The notes under the pieces: model-generated
The model's database searches: none
What the model was told of the DNA's origin: nothing
Seen by the model: only the letters and a program-made list of their open reading frames with translations
In this document: positions 7,946 through 19,578 of the stretch, piece by piece
Numbering within the stretch: the first letter of the stretch is position 1
How the letters are laid out: each line of letters begins with the position of its first letter
Assembly (NCBI GenBank): GCA_003697105.1
Contig: RFFQ01000096.1
Location: 1 to 36,529 of the forward strand
Length of the DNA stretch: 36,529 bases
Direction of reading: 5' to 3'
Source of the DNA: Gemmatimonadota bacterium
GTDB taxonomy: Bacteria > 4572-55 > J002
Translations under genes and position numbers: made by a program

Positions 7946-10900
7946 ATGAGTGTCGTACGTAAGCGTCCTCGGCGAGATTTTTCTCGTTTAAAGTCGGCGA
8001 TTGATATGCCAAACCTACTGGCGATCCAGATGGAGTCCTTTGAGCATTTTTTGCAAGGGCAAACCCATCCGGATGAGCGCCGAGATGAGGGGTTACAAGG
8101 TGTGTTTACGAGCATTTTCCCGATTAGTGACCCCAATGAAAATTTTACCTTGGAGTTTGTTCGATATACCTTGGGCGAACCGAAGTATACCGTTCAAGAG
8201 TGCCAAGAACGCGATGTAACTTATGCCGTTCCACTGAAAGTAACGCTCCGGTTGGTCATCCGCGAAACTGACAAATCTGAAAAACGCGTCAAGGATGTAA
8301 TCGAGCAAAATGTGTATCTGGGGGAGTTACCCATTATCACGGATAAGGGTACTTTTATCATTAATGGTGCTGAGAGGGTAATTGTCAGCCAATTGCACCG
8401 GTCGCCCGGGGTCTTCTTTGATGAAGAAATGCACCCGAAAGGCAAACGACTCTTTTCCTCACGGATTATCCCTTATCGCGGATCGTGGGTTCAGTTTAGT
8501 ATGGACATCAATGATGTCATGTATGTCCATATCGATAAACGGCGCAAAATTCCGGTAACCGTACTGCTGCGGGCACTGGGATATGCCACCGATGAGGTTT
8601 TACTGGATATTTTATGTTCAGAAACCATTCCGCTACATCAAATCTCCAAAACCGGAACGGTGCGGATTGAAGGGCGACGAACCGAAAAACTATTTGGGCG
8701 GATTATTACCGAAAATATTATAAATCCGGAAACCGATGAGGTTATTGCAGAAAAAGGAACACTGTTTGACGCCGATCACCTGGAAAAGATACGTGAAGCA
8801 AACGTTAAAGCGATTAAACTTCGGCTTTCAGACCAATCCCCGGCAATTGGCATGGTGGAAAATACGCTGAAAAAGGAGGGGGATGATTTTAAGTCCGAAG
8901 AAAAAGCATTGGAACGCATCTATAACTTATTGCGCCCCGGTGACCTCCCAAATATTGAAACCGCACGTCAACTGTTGGAACGCCTCTTTTTTAATCCCAA
9001 ACGTTACGACTTGGCAAAGGTTGGACGATATAAATTGAATCGCCGGCTCGGCTTGGATAATGTCGAATCGGCACATAATATCAAGAAAAAAGGCAAAGTC
9101 TCTGAAACATTGAGTGTTGAAGGGGAAATTCGGAATATCGAAGGTAATCCAGTCCAGAATGCGCAGGTTTCGATCACCTTTACCCGGCGGGATGCGAGCG
9201 GTACCGCCCAGTTTGGCCCCATTACAACCTATACGAATGCGGAAGGATACTATGAGTTTGAGACCCTACCCCAAGGAGATTATGCGATTACGGTCTCTTG
9301 CGAAGGTTACATTAATACCTCACTAACTGTTGAAAACGTAGAACAACCCTTGGAGATTAATTTCCGCCTCGACCAAACGATTCTGAGCCGGCGCGACTTT
9401 GTTGAAATTGTAAAGTATATGCTCCTGCTTCGTTCGGGTAAAGGTTTTGTTGATGATATTGACCATTTGGGTAACCGTCGAATCCGCAGCGTCGGTGAAC
9501 TTTTGGCAAACCAGTTTTCCATCGGTTTATCCCGAATGGCGCGGATCATCCGGGAAGGAATGACGCTCCATGATGCGGATAATATCACACCGTATGACCT
9601 GATTAATGTACGCACCGTGACCTCAGTTATTCAAAGTTTTTTTGGGTCGAGTCAATTATCACAATTCATGGATCAAACCAATCCCTTAGCTGAATTGACA
9701 CACAAACGGCGGTTGTCTGCGCTCGGACCCGGTGGTTTAACGCGAGAGCGCGCGAGCTTTGATGTTCGAGATGTGCATTATACCCATTATGGCCGGATGT
9801 GTCCGATTGAAACTCCAGAAGGACAAAACATTGGTCTGATTACTTCGATGAGTACCTATGCCCGCATCAATGAACATGGGTTTCTGGAAACGCCGTATCG
9901 TAAAGTGGTTGATGGACAGGTTTTGTCGGAAATCGAATACCTTTCGGCAGATAAAGAAGATTATTATGTGATTGCTGGGGCAAACACCAAAGTTGATGAG
10001 AACGGGATGTTTGTTGAGAGTGAAGTTATTGCACGGCATCGAGGGGATTTCAATTTTTATTCGCCCGATGAAATCCATTATATGGATGTCTCACCGAAAC
10101 AACTTGTGAGTGCGGCGGCGGCGCTGATCCCATTTTTAGAGCACGATGATGCAAACCGGGCGCTGATGGGGTCAAACATGCAACGCCAAGCGGTACCGTT
10201 GATGACCCCCCAATCTCCGGTGGTGGGTACTGGTATGGAGCAAAAAGTTGCGATTGATTCCAAAGCGGCGGTTGCCAGCGATGTGGATGGTGTCGTGGAA
10301 TACGTCAGCTCGGATACGATTCATATTCGCCCCGATGAACAGGAAGCACCCCGGAAAGTTCGATGGTTGGATATGGAACCCTCTTTGAAAACCTACCGCT
10401 TGACAAAATTCCGCCGTTCCAATCAGGATACGTGTATCAATCAACGCCCTATTGTGAAAGTTGGGCAACGCGTGAAAAAAGGACAACCCCTCGCAGATGG
10501 TCCCGCAACACAGTTCGGGGAATTAGCTTTGGGATCCAATGCGTTGGTGGCTTTTATGCCGTGGCGCGGTTACAATTTTGAAGATGCGATTGTGGTCAGC
10601 GAACGGGTTGTTTCCGGTGATAAGTTTACCTCAATCCATATCGAAGAATTTGATCTGGAAGTGCGCGATACGAAACGGGGTATGGAAGAAATTACGCGTG
10701 AAATCCCCAATGTTTCCGATGATGCACTCCGCAATTTGGATGAAGACGGTATTATTCGAGTGGGGGCCCATGTAAAAGCGGGTGACATCTTGGTCGGAAA
10801 AATCACGCCTAAAGGTGAAACGGAATTAACCCCGGAAGAGAATCTGTTGCGTGCTATCTTTGGTGAACGTGCGGGTGATGTTCGGGATGCCTCGCTAAAA

Positions 10901-12094
10901 GCACCTCCCGGCATGGATGGCATCGTCATTGATGTCAAAGTTTTTAGCCGCCGGGAACGGCATGATCGAGCCATCCGAACCGAAAAGAAAAAGATTGAAG
11001 AGATCAAAAGCATTTACCGCCACAAGTTAGGGGCGGTACTGGAACAACGCGATAATTTGCTTCACCAAATGAGTTCACTCTACCCGCTGGCAAATTCGTC
11101 CACATGGCAGAAAATCGAAAATGCGATTAGCGAAAAAGGGCAAAAACTCACCCAGAAATTGATCGATGGGCTTGAGTTTGAACGCTTGCGGGAACAAATT
11201 CAATTAGGTGGGGTTTTTGACCTTGATTTGGAAACCCGCCGCGAATTGAACGAACTGCTGATGAATGTGAATAGGGCTATCAGCGAAATTCAAAGCCAGT
11301 ATGAAAAAGAGGTTGATAAGATTACCCGCGGGGATGAGTTAGCGCCGGGTGTCTTGAAATTAGTTAAAGTGTACATTGCCCGCAAGCAAAAGCTCTCTGT
11401 CGGGGATAAAATGGCCGGGCGTCACGGTAACAAAGGTGTGGTTTCCAAAATTGTACCGGTTGAAGATATGCCTTATCTCGAAGATGGTCGTCCGGTGGAC
11501 GTGTTGTTGAATCCGCTAGGTGTGCCGTCCCGGATGAATGTGGGGCAAATTTTAGAAACTCACCTCGGCTGGGCAGGTGAACGCCTCGGGGTGAATTTCG
11601 CAACGAATGTATTTGATGGGGCTTCTATTGATCAGATTCAAGATTTGCTGGAAGAAGCCGGTCTGCCTCGAGATGGAAAAATGAGGCTCTTTGATGGTCG
11701 CACCGGAGAACCCTTCGACCTGAAAGTGACGGTCGGGGTGATGTACATGATGAAACTGGATCACTTAGTGGATGATAAAATCCATGCCCGATCTATTGGA
11801 CCGTACTCGCTGGTGACCCAACAGCCGTTGGGAGGTAAAGCACAGTTCGGTGGGCAACGGTTTGGCGAAATGGAGGTCTGGGCATTGGAGGCATACGGGG
11901 CCGCATATACCCTGCAAGAACTACTGACGGTCAAGAGTGATGATGTGTATGGGCGTTCCCGAATTTATGAAGCCATTGTCAAAGGTGATAATCCCCCAGA
12001 ACCGGGTATCCCAGAATCATTTAATGTGCTGGTGAAAGAGCTTCAAAGTCTTGCTCTCGATGTCGAATTGATCACGGACGACGAAGAAGAATAA
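7946..12094 (+). CDS. rpoB: DNA-directed RNA polymerase subunit beta, with an unusual ~100-aa insertion near residues 372-476
   Basis: [43 protein letters not shown]. Confidence 0.99.
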   Translation: MSVVRKRPRRDFSRLKSAIDMPNLLAIQMESFEHFLQGQTHPDERRDEGLQGVFTSIFPISDPNENFTLEFVRYTLGEPKYTVQECQERDVTYAVPLKVTLRLVIRETDKSEKRVKDVIEQNVYLGELPIITDKGTFIINGAERVIVSQLHRSPGVFFDEEMHPKGKRLFSSRIIPYRGSWVQFSMDINDVMYVHIDKRRKIPVTVLLRALGYATDEVLLDILCSETIPLHQISKTGTVRIEGRRTEKLFGRIITENIINPETDEVIAEKGTLFDADHLEKIREANVKAIKLRLSDQSPAIGMVENTLKKEGDDFKSEEKALERIYNLLRPGDLPNIETARQLLERLFFNPKRYDLAKVGRYKLNRRLGLDNVESAHNIKKKGKVSETLSVEGEIRNIEGNPVQNAQVSITFTRRDASGTAQFGPITTYTNAEGYYEFETLPQGDYAITVSCEGYINTSLTVENVEQPLEINFRLDQTILSRRDFVEIVKYMLLLRSGKGFVDDIDHLGNRRIRSVGELLANQFSIGLSRMARIIREGMTLHDADNITPYDLINVRTVTSVIQSFFGSSQLSQFMDQTNPLAELTHKRRLSALGPGGLTRERASFDVRDVHYTHYGRMCPIETPEGQNIGLITSMSTYARINEHGFLETPYRKVVDGQVLSEIEYLSADKEDYYVIAGANTKVDENGMFVESEVIARHRGDFNFYSPDEIHYMDVSPKQLVSAAAALIPFLEHDDANRALMGSNMQRQAVPLMTPQSPVVGTGMEQKVAIDSKAAVASDVDGVVEYVSSDTIHIRPDEQEAPRKVRWLDMEPSLKTYRLTKFRRSNQDTCINQRPIVKVGQRVKKGQPLADGPATQFGELALGSNALVAFMPWRGYNFEDAIVVSERVVSGDKFTSIHIEEFDLEVRDTKRGMEEITREIPNVSDDALRNLDEDGIIRVGAHVKAGDILVGKITPKGETELTPEENLLRAIFGERAGDVRDASLKAPPGMDGIVIDVKVFSRRERHDRAIRTEKKKIEEIKSIYRHKLGAVLEQRDNLLHQMSSLYPLANSSTWQKIENAISEKGQKLTQKLIDGLEFERLREQIQLGGVFDLDLETRRELNELLMNVNRAISEIQSQYEKEVDKITRGDELAPGVLKLVKVYIARKQKLSVGDKMAGRHGNKGVVSKIVPVEDMPYLEDGRPVDVLLNPLGVPSRMNVGQILETHLGWAGERLGVNFATNVFDGASIDQIQDLLEEAGLPRDGKMRLFDGRTGEPFDLKVTVGVMYMMKLDHLVDDKIHARSIGPYSLVTQQPLGGKAQFGGQRFGEMEVWALEAYGAAYTLQELLTVKSDDVYGRSRIYEAIVKGDNPPEPGIPESFNVLVKELQSLALDVELITDDEEE

Positions 12095-12099
12095 TTAAC

Positions 12100-12166
12100 G
12101 ATTTCGGATTTGGGTAACCGGATTACCGGCATTTGGCTGCTGATCCCAAATCCGCCATCCGAAATC
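12100..12166. repeat. heptamer-based inverted repeat in the rpoB-rpoC spacer
   Basis: GATTTCGGAT/ATCCGAAATC and CGGATTTGGG/CCCAAATCCG are both 10-bp perfect complements. Confidence 0.6.
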
Positions 12167-12181
12167 AGCAAGGAGGTTTTC

Positions 12182-15100
12182 GTGCAAGGACGAAATCAAA
12201 ATCTTTCCGAATTTTCAGCGATACGGCTACGGTTGGCGTCTCCCGATGTTATCCGTGAGCAATCCTTTGGTGAAGTGACCAAACCGGAAACTATTAATTA
12301 CCGGTCTTTCAAGCCGGAACGGGATGGGCTGTTTTGTGAACGCATTTTCGGCCCAGTGAAAGATTGGGAATGTAGCTGTGGGAAATATAAACGGATGCGC
12401 TATCGGGGCGTTATCTGTGACCGCTGCGGTGTGGAAGTAACGCTTTCCAAAGTGCGCCGGGAACGCTTGGGACATATCGATTTAGCCGTTCCAGTGGCTC
12501 ATATCTGGTATGTCAAGGGATTACCGAGTCGCGTGGGGAACCTGCTGGATATGTCCGTGCGGGATTTGGAGCGCGTTCTATATTATGAATCCTATTATGT
12601 GATTGACCCCGGTGAGATCGAGGGGATTGCTGCCGGCGAACTGTTGAGCGAAGATGAGTACTACGAACTTTCCCAACAATATGATTATCGGTTGGAAGAA
12701 TACGGGTTTGTCGCCGAAATGGGTGCCCCGGCGTTGAAAAAAATGTTACAAGCCATCAATTTGGAAGAATTGGCGACAGACCTTCAGGCGCGCTTGGGAG
12801 TGGAATCCTCAGAACAACAAAAGAAAAAAATACTGAAACGGCTTAAGATTGTAAAGTCCTTCTTGGATTCTGGTAACACCCCAGAAGAACGAAACAAGCC
12901 GGAATGGATGATCTTAGAAATGATTCCGGTGATTCCCCCTGATTTGCGCCCGTTGGTCGCATTGGAAGGTGGGCGGTTTGCCACCTCGGACTTAAATGAC
13001 TTGTATCGCCGGGTGATAAACCGGAATAACCGCTTGAAAAAATTGATTGAAATCCAAGCGCCCGAAGTCATCTTGCGCAATGAAAAACGGATGCTACAAG
13101 AAGCTGTGGATGCGCTCTTTGATAATGGACGCCGGTCGCGGGCGGTTCGTGGACATGGGAATCGTCCCCTGAAATCCCTCTCAGAAATGTTAAAAGGAAA
13201 GCAAGGGCGTTTCCGTCAAAACTTGCTTGGAAAACGGGTGGACTACTCCGGCCGTTCTGTAATCGTAGTGGGTCCCGAACTCGAAATGCACCAATGCGGG
13301 TTACCCAAAGCGATGGCGCTAGAATTGTTTAAGCCCTTTATTATCCGTCAGTTGGAAAGTAAAGGACACGTCCAAACGGTGAAAAGTGCGAAACGGTTGG
13401 TCGAACGAGAAACCACAGAAGTATGGGATATTTTAGAGGAGATTATTGCCGATCACCCCGTGTTTCTGAATCGTGCTCCTACATTGCACCGTTTGGGGAT
13501 TCAAGCATTTGAACCTGTTTTAGTGGAAGGAAAAGCGATTCGATTGCACCCTTTGGTTTGTGCGGCGTTCAATGCGGACTTTGACGGGGATCAGATGGCG
13601 GTTCATGTGCCGTTAGGATTTGAAGCCCAATTGGAAGCGCGGGTGCTAATGCTTTCCACTTTTAACATTTTATCCCCAGCAAACGGCCGTCCATTGGCAA
13701 CGCCCAGCCAAGATATTGTTATTGGACCTCACTATATGACCAAAATTCGGAAAGGTGGGAAAGGCGAAGGGCGTATTTTTGCCTCCACAGATGAAGCGGT
13801 GATGGCTCATGCCCAAAATCTAGTCGAATTACATTCGCGGATTAAAATCAAGGGTATTAACGTGATCAAGGAAGACCCCTCGTGGACGGAAAATGAGATG
13901 CGTGACCCCAATGCGTGGCAAGATTATACAACCGTCGGGCGCGTTCTCTTTAATCAGATTATCCCAGAGGGTATTTCTTTTCAAAATAAGGAATTGAAAA
14001 AGAAGGAATTAGCTGCGTTGGTTGGGGATGTTTACCGGCAATATGGGCCCATTCGCACCGCACAATTTCTTGACCGGCTCAAGGAAATCGGTTTTGAGTA
14101 TGCCACCCGTTGTGGTTTAACCGTCGGGGTGGAAGATATGATTATTCCGGAAACAAAACAGGCTCTCATTGATAAAGCTCGCACCGAAATCGAGGAAATT
14201 CAGCGCCAATATGATCGGGGTGTGATTACCGATGGGGAACGTTATAATAAAGTGATTGATACGTGGACCCATACCACTTCCGACGTCGCCAAGGAAATGT
14301 TTCGGGAGATGGAACTCAGCTACGATGGGTTTAATCCGATCTACATGATGGCGGACTCCGGTGCGCGGGGTAGTCGCGAACAGGTACGCCAGTTAGCGGG
14401 TATGCGAGGCCTGATGGCAAAACCGCAAAAGAAAATTACGGGCTCCGTTGGGGAAATCATCGAAACACCGATCCTTTCAAGTTTCCGTGAAGGGTTAACC
14501 GTGTTGGAATACTTTATCTCCACACATGGTGCGCGAAAAGGGTTGGCAGATACCGCCCTGAAAACCGCAGATGCGGGGTATTTAACGCGTCGTTTGGTAG
14601 ATGTGGCTCAGGATGCCATTATCACCGAAGAAGATTGCGGCACGGTGCGCGGGATTGACCGGATGGCGTTAAAAGAAGGGGAAGAAGTGATTGTCCCCCT
14701 TAAAGACCGAATTTTAGGCCGGGTTGCCTTGGATGATGTTGTTGACCCCATTACGGATGAAATTATTGTCAACGCCGGTACCGAAATTGACGAAACCGCG
14801 GCAAATATGATTGAAGATGCCAATATCGAACGGGTCCGTATTCGTTCCGTGCTGACCTGTGAAACCCGGCGAGGTATCTGTGTGAAATGCTATGGTCGCA
14901 ATTTAGCCACCGGTCGCATGGTTGAAGTTGGTGAGGCTGTTGGGATTATCGCGGCACAAAGTATTGGTGAACCGGGTACCCAATTGACCTTGCGGACGTT
15001 CCACATCGGGGGTACGGCGGCACGGATTGCGGCGCAATCGCAAAAAACGGTTAAAAGTGCCGGGAAAATCACTTATGAACAGCTTGATACCGTGACCAAT

Positions 15101-16360
15101 AAAGCCGGAAAGACGGTAGCAATTACTCGGAATGGGGTTTTAGTTTTAACTGACCGGAATGGGCGTGAATCCCGTTATGCCGTACCCTATGGGGCCATGG
15201 TGATGGTGTCAGATGGGCAAGATGTTGGAAAAAATCAAGTTATTTTTGAATGGGACCCTTACGCCGACTTGATTCTGGCTGATATTTCCGGTGAAGTCCG
15301 TTTTGTGGATATTGAAGAGGGTATCACAGTCCGAGAGGAATTGGATGAAAGCACGGGGCTTCGTCAGATGGTGATTGTGGAAGACCGGGAGCGCCAAAAA
15401 CACCCCCATATCCAAATTATGGTGAATGGTGAACGCCAACGTAATTACGCGATTCCCATCGGGGCTCATATCTTGGTGCATGACGGTGATAAGATTTCGG
15501 CAGGTGACCTGCTGGTTAAAATCCCCGGTGGGGTAACGAAAACACGAGACATCACCGGTGGTTTACCCCGTGTGGCAGAGCTTTTTGAAGCCCGGAAACC
15601 GAAAGATTGCGCGGTTGTTACCGAAGTTGACGGACGGGTGGTTTTCGGTGACATTGTTCGAGGTATGCGTAAGATCATCATCCAAACGGAGAATGAACTG
15701 GAGGATGGCACTAAGGAAGAACGCGTTTACCATGTCCCTTACGGAAAACACTTGCGGGTTCATGAAGGTGATAGGGTGGAAGCCGGAATGCGCCTATCCG
15801 AGGGTCCCGTAAATCCGCACGATATTTTACGCATTAAGGGTGAATTTGAAGTTCAGGAATATCTGTTGAATGAAATTCAAGAAGTTTACCGGTTGCAAGG
15901 CGTTGGGATTAACGACAAGCATATCGGGGTGATTGTTCGCCAAATGTTGCAAAAAGTCCAGATTGAAAATGCCGGTGATACCAACTTTCTAGAAGGTGAA
16001 CGGGTAGATAAATTCACGTTTCGTGAAGAAAACGAAAAAGTAATGGCTCAAGGTGGGGTGCCGGCAACTGCCCAACCGGTGTTGCTGGGAATCACCAAAG
16101 CCGCACTCTCCACCGAAAGTTTCGTTTCTGCGGCATCATTTCAAGAGACCACCCGGGTATTGACCGAAGCTGCCATTGAAGGGCGCCGGGATAATCTGCT
16201 GGGATTGATGGAAAACGTTATTATGGGTCATCTGATTCCGGCAGGTACAGGGGTTGGAATGTACCGTTCAGCAAAAATCGTGGAGAAAAATGTGGCTCCC
16301 GTCGAACCTGCCCCATCCGGTGGTAGTGATCTCTCAATAAAAAATGTGAGTGAACCATAA
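12182..16360 (+). CDS. rpoC: DNA-directed RNA polymerase subunit beta' (GTG start)
   Basis: Catalytic NADFDGD motif, N-terminal Zn-finger CSC..CDRC, trigger-loop insertion after TFHIGG; SD AAGGAGG at 12170-12176 before GTG 12182. Confidence 0.99.
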   Translation: MQGRNQNLSEFSAIRLRLASPDVIREQSFGEVTKPETINYRSFKPERDGLFCERIFGPVKDWECSCGKYKRMRYRGVICDRCGVEVTLSKVRRERLGHIDLAVPVAHIWYVKGLPSRVGNLLDMSVRDLERVLYYESYYVIDPGEIEGIAAGELLSEDEYYELSQQYDYRLEEYGFVAEMGAPALKKMLQAINLEELATDLQARLGVESSEQQKKKILKRLKIVKSFLDSGNTPEERNKPEWMILEMIPVIPPDLRPLVALEGGRFATSDLNDLYRRVINRNNRLKKLIEIQAPEVILRNEKRMLQEAVDALFDNGRRSRAVRGHGNRPLKSLSEMLKGKQGRFRQNLLGKRVDYSGRSVIVVGPELEMHQCGLPKAMALELFKPFIIRQLESKGHVQTVKSAKRLVERETTEVWDILEEIIADHPVFLNRAPTLHRLGIQAFEPVLVEGKAIRLHPLVCAAFNADFDGDQMAVHVPLGFEAQLEARVLMLSTFNILSPANGRPLATPSQDIVIGPHYMTKIRKGGKGEGRIFASTDEAVMAHAQNLVELHSRIKIKGINVIKEDPSWTENEMRDPNAWQDYTTVGRVLFNQIIPEGISFQNKELKKKELAALVGDVYRQYGPIRTAQFLDRLKEIGFEYATRCGLTVGVEDMIIPETKQALIDKARTEIEEIQRQYDRGVITDGERYNKVIDTWTHTTSDVAKEMFREMELSYDGFNPIYMMADSGARGSREQVRQLAGMRGLMAKPQKKITGSVGEIIETPILSSFREGLTVLEYFISTHGARKGLADTALKTADAGYLTRRLVDVAQDAIITEEDCGTVRGIDRMALKEGEEVIVPLKDRILGRVALDDVVDPITDEIIVNAGTEIDETAANMIEDANIERVRIRSVLTCETRRGICVKCYGRNLATGRMVEVGEAVGIIAAQSIGEPGTQLTLRTFHIGGTAARIAAQSQKTVKSAGKITYEQLDTVTNKAGKTVAITRNGVLVLTDRNGRESRYAVPYGAMVMVSDGQDVGKNQVIFEWDPYADLILADISGEVRFVDIEEGITVREELDESTGLRQMVIVEDRERQKHPHIQIMVNGERQRNYAIPIGAHILVHDGDKISAGDLLVKIPGGVTKTRDITGGLPRVAELFEARKPKDCAVVTEVDGRVVFGDIVRGMRKIIIQTENELEDGTKEERVYHVPYGKHLRVHEGDRVEAGMRLSEGPVNPHDILRIKGEFEVQEYLLNEIQEVYRLQGVGINDKHIGVIVRQMLQKVQIENAGDTNFLEGERVDKFTFREENEKVMAQGGVPATAQPVLLGITKAALSTESFVSAASFQETTRVLTEAAIEGRRDNLLGLMENVIMGHLIPAGTGVGMYRSAKIVEKNVAPVEPAPSGGSDLSIKNVSEP

Positions 16361-16456
16361 TTTTGATGATTTATATGCGGTTTAAGGTGTAAGTTACTGA
16401 TCTTGAATGGGTTAAATGGTTTTCCAGCGGGGGCATTAAGTCCTTCAAAAAAATGC

Positions 16457-16485
16457 TTGACTTTACTTGCCTGTCGCACTATCTT
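16457..16485 (+). promoter_or_regulatory. sigma70-type promoter of the str operon, TTGACT-17-TATCTT
   Basis: TTGACT 16457-16462, TATCTT 16480-16485, with an A-tract upstream of the -35. Confidence 0.65.
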
Positions 16486-16527
16486 TGGCAACCCGTTTGA
16501 CTTAAATTATTTTTTTATGAGGAAGAT

Positions 16528-16899
16528 ATGCCTACGATAAATCAGCTAGTTAGGAAAGGTCGCAAAGCGATTAAGAAGAAAACTTCGGCGCCGGCTTTGA
16601 AAGGGTGTCCCCAGAAGCGGGGCGTTTGCACTCGGGTGTACACCTCTACACCGAAAAAGCCGAATTCGGCGCTTCGTAAAGTTGCTCGGGTCCGCTTAAC
16701 AAATGGGGTTGAAGTTACCGCGTATATCCCCGGGGAAGGGCATAACTTGCAGGAGCACTCTATTGTGCTGATTCGTGGAGGACGTGTGAAAGATTTACCC
16801 GGAGTACGTTACCACATTATTCGGGGTGCTTTGGATTCCAGTGGCGTCAATAATCGTAAGCAGAGTCGTTCGAAATACGGTACGAAAAGACCTAAGTAA
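16528..16899 (+). CDS. rpsL: 30S ribosomal protein uS12
   Basis: [22 protein letters not shown]. Confidence 0.99.
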   Translation: MPTINQLVRKGRKAIKKKTSAPALKGCPQKRGVCTRVYTSTPKKPNSALRKVARVRLTNGVEVTAYIPGEGHNLQEHSIVLIRGGRVKDLPGVRYHIIRGALDSSGVNNRKQSRSKYGTKRPK

Positions 16900-16916
16900 G
16901 ATCAAAAGAGGAAGGT

Positions 16917-17387
16917 ATGTCGAGGAAACGAGCCGCTGAAAAGCGACAATTATTACCAGACCCCAAATATCACGATGTCATGGTCACTCGCTTTATTAAC
17001 AATGTAACTAAGCGAGGGAAAAAGAGTGTGGCGGAACGTAGTTTTTACGCCGCGCTGGATTTGATCGAAGCCCGTACGGGTCAACAAGGTCTGGCAGTAT
17101 TTAAAAAAGCAATTGATAATGTCAAACCGATAGTTGAAGTCCGTTCTCGCCGGATCGGGGGCTCCACGTATCAAGTCCCCACCGAAGTTCGGCCCGACCG
17201 CCAGATTTCTCTGGCGATCCGGTGGTTAATTACCTATTCTAATGCCCGTTCTGAACGTACCTTAGCGGAACGGTTAGCAGGAGAATTTATTGCCGCATCC
17301 AAAGGTGAAGGCGCTTCCATCAAAAAACGGGAAGATACGCACCGCATGGCGGAGGCAAATAAAGCCTTCTCACATTACCGTTGGTAG
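16917..17387 (+). CDS. rpsG: 30S ribosomal protein uS7
   Basis: [27 protein letters not shown]. Confidence 0.98.
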   Translation: MSRKRAAEKRQLLPDPKYHDVMVTRFINNVTKRGKKSVAERSFYAALDLIEARTGQQGLAVFKKAIDNVKPIVEVRSRRIGGSTYQVPTEVRPDRQISLAIRWLITYSNARSERTLAERLAGEFIAASKGEGASIKKREDTHRMAEANKAFSHYRW

Positions 17388-17427
17388 TGCAATTTCTCTT
17401 CACACCCGATGATACTGTGGTTTCATC

Positions 17428-19518
17428 ATGAGACATTTTCCTTTGGAGCGATTGCGTAACATCGGGATTATGGCGCATATCGACGCCGGTAAAACGACCA
17501 CCACAGAACGAATATTGTATTATTCCGGTATGATTCATCGACCGGGAAATGTTGATGATGGCTCAACCGTCACCGATTGGATGGAACAAGAAAAAGAGCG
17601 AGGTATTACGATTACCTCTGCCGCCATCTCCTGCTTTTGGGCAGATCACAAAATCAACATTATTGATACCCCCGGGCATGTTGATTTTACGGTTGAAGTT
17701 GAACGTTCTTTGAGAGTGTTAGATGGTGCTGTTGTTGTCTTGTGCGGGGTTTCGGGGGTGGAACCGCAATCGGAGACCGTCTGGCATCAAGCAGATCGCT
17801 ATAATGTACCACGAATCGCTTATATAAATAAGCTTGACCGGGTAGGGGCAAATTTTGATGCTGCCGTTGCTTCTATTGTGGAACGATTGGGCGCTAACCC
17901 GGTTCGGTTGCAACTTCCCATTTTTGAGAAGGATGAATTTACCGGCATTATCGATTTGATCGAAGAGAAAGCGATCTTTTACGACGAGACCTCTTTAGGA
18001 CGGAAGTATAGCGTTCAGGACGTACCGCTGGAATTTTTAGAGTCCGTAGAGTTGTACCGTGAAGAAATGCTCGACGCAATTTCATTATATGATGATGAAA
18101 TGACAGAGCATTATCTGGAAATCGAGAATCATCATCTGCTAAATAAAGATTTGATTCGTCGAGCTATACGAAAGGGTACGATTTCCTGCCAAATTGTCCC
18201 GGTAATGTGTGGGTCATCCTTTAAGTATAAGGGCGTTCAACCGTTGCTTGATGGTATTATTCAATATTTACCCTCCCCGTTAGATGTTCCGCCAGTAAAA
18301 GGGATTCACCCGACGACGCAGATTGAACTTGTTCGGGAAACGGATGATAGCCAGCCGTTGACGGCACTTGCCTTCAAAATTATGGCAGACTCTTACGTCG
18401 GTAAATTAACGTTTTTGCGTATTTATTCAGGCTCTTTGAAGGTGGGCGATTCCGTGCTGAATCCCCGGACTGGAAAAACATCGCGGGTGGGTCGATTGCT
18501 TGAGATGAAAGCGAACCAGCGTACGAATGTGGAGCAAGCCTTAGCAGGTGATATTGTGGCTGCCGTTGGGTTGCGCGATTTTGCTACGGGAGATACCTTG
18601 TGTCTGCCCCAAGACCCTATCGTTCTGGAGAGTATGTCTTTCCCTGATCCCGTAGTCTTCACCGCGGTTGAACCGAAGACGAAAGCGGATGAAGAGAAGC
18701 TACAACAAACATTGCTCCAATTTGCTGAAGAAGACCCCAGTTTTCATGTCTCTATCGATAACGATACGGGTCAAACCTTAATTTCTGGGATGGGGGAACT
18801 TCATCTCGATGTTATTATTGACCGGATGGTGCGGGAATATAACGTTAATGTGAATGTAGGGCGTCCGCAGGTTGCTTATAAGGAATCCATTTTGGCTACG
18901 GCGGAAAGCACCGGTATATTTGAGCGGCAGGTCTCAAATAAAAATATGTTTGCTCAAGTCACATTGCGTGTTCGGCCATTAGAACGCGGCGCAGGATTCA
19001 CGTTTGATTCTGAAGTATCGGATGACATCATTCCGGGCATGTTTCTTCCGGCGATCCAAAAAGGTGTTCAGGACTCTTTGTCAAATGGTGTTTTGGCAAG
19101 TTATCCCCTGACCGATGTCGGGGTTACGGTCATCGACGGGGTGTACCGGGAGCTTGAATCGACAGAATTAGCCTATACGGTTGCCGGTTCTGTTGCGTTT
19201 CGACAGGCATTAAACCAAGCACACCCGGTCTTGTTGGAGCCGGTCATGGATGTGGAAGTGATGGTTCCTGAAGAATATGTGGGGGATGTTATTTCCGATT
19301 TGAACTCGCGGCGGGGGCGTATCCTAAATATTAGCGACCGCAATAATGTGAAGTTGGTTTCAGCAGATGTAGCACTTTCCGAAATGTTTGGGTATGCGAC
19401 CGCATTGCGGTCTTTAACTCAAGGGCGAGCGGTTTATTCCATGGAATTTAAATCTTACGATGTTGTTCCTGAGCAAATACAGAATTCTATCATCAACAAA
19501 TTTACAGGCAATTATTAA
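17428..19518 (+). CDS. fusA: elongation factor G family protein, divergent (EF-G2/recycling-type features)
   Basis: [22 protein letters not shown] and NKLD G-motifs; located between rpsG and tuf; domain IV loop motifs altered. Confidence 0.93.
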   Translation: MRHFPLERLRNIGIMAHIDAGKTTTTERILYYSGMIHRPGNVDDGSTVTDWMEQEKERGITITSAAISCFWADHKINIIDTPGHVDFTVEVERSLRVLDGAVVVLCGVSGVEPQSETVWHQADRYNVPRIAYINKLDRVGANFDAAVASIVERLGANPVRLQLPIFEKDEFTGIIDLIEEKAIFYDETSLGRKYSVQDVPLEFLESVELYREEMLDAISLYDDEMTEHYLEIENHHLLNKDLIRRAIRKGTISCQIVPVMCGSSFKYKGVQPLLDGIIQYLPSPLDVPPVKGIHPTTQIELVRETDDSQPLTALAFKIMADSYVGKLTFLRIYSGSLKVGDSVLNPRTGKTSRVGRLLEMKANQRTNVEQALAGDIVAAVGLRDFATGDTLCLPQDPIVLESMSFPDPVVFTAVEPKTKADEEKLQQTLLQFAEEDPSFHVSIDNDTGQTLISGMGELHLDVIIDRMVREYNVNVNVGRPQVAYKESILATAESTGIFERQVSNKNMFAQVTLRVRPLERGAGFTFDSEVSDDIIPGMFLPAIQKGVQDSLSNGVLASYPLTDVGVTVIDGVYRELESTELAYTVAGSVAFRQALNQAHPVLLEPVMDVEVMVPEEYVGDVISDLNSRRGRILNISDRNNVKLVSADVALSEMFGYATALRSLTQGRAVYSMEFKSYDVVPEQIQNSIINKFTGNY

Positions 19519-19578
19519 CGACTTCAACTACCATTTATGGTAACATTAGTTAATTTCTCTTAAGGAGGATATTTCAAA

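Noticed and set aside
8600-8850. RpoB insert containing [14 protein letters not shown]
   Set aside because: Matches the known BBM2-type lineage-specific insertion at the beta-i4 position; not novel.
9059-9373. Intein or intron as the explanation for the RpoB insertion
   Set aside because: No N-terminal Cys/Ser splice block and no terminal His-Asn followed by Cys/Ser/Thr. The only HN is at the start of the insert and is followed by Ile. The frame is open with no intron-like features.
10950-11330. Long helical RpoB insert before GDELAPGV
   Set aside because: Corresponds to the known beta-i9-type coiled-coil insertion.
15020-15545. Large insertion in the RpoC trigger loop
   Set aside because: Known SI3/beta'-i6 SBHM insertion, widespread in Gram-negative lineages.
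16389-16401. IHF-like site TAAGTTACTGATC upstream of the str promoter
   Set aside because: Two mismatches to a degenerate consensus in AT-rich DNA; not distinguishable from chance.
16528-16899. Streptomycin-resistance alleles in rpsL
   Set aside because: The Lys residues in PKKPNS and RVKDLP are wild type.
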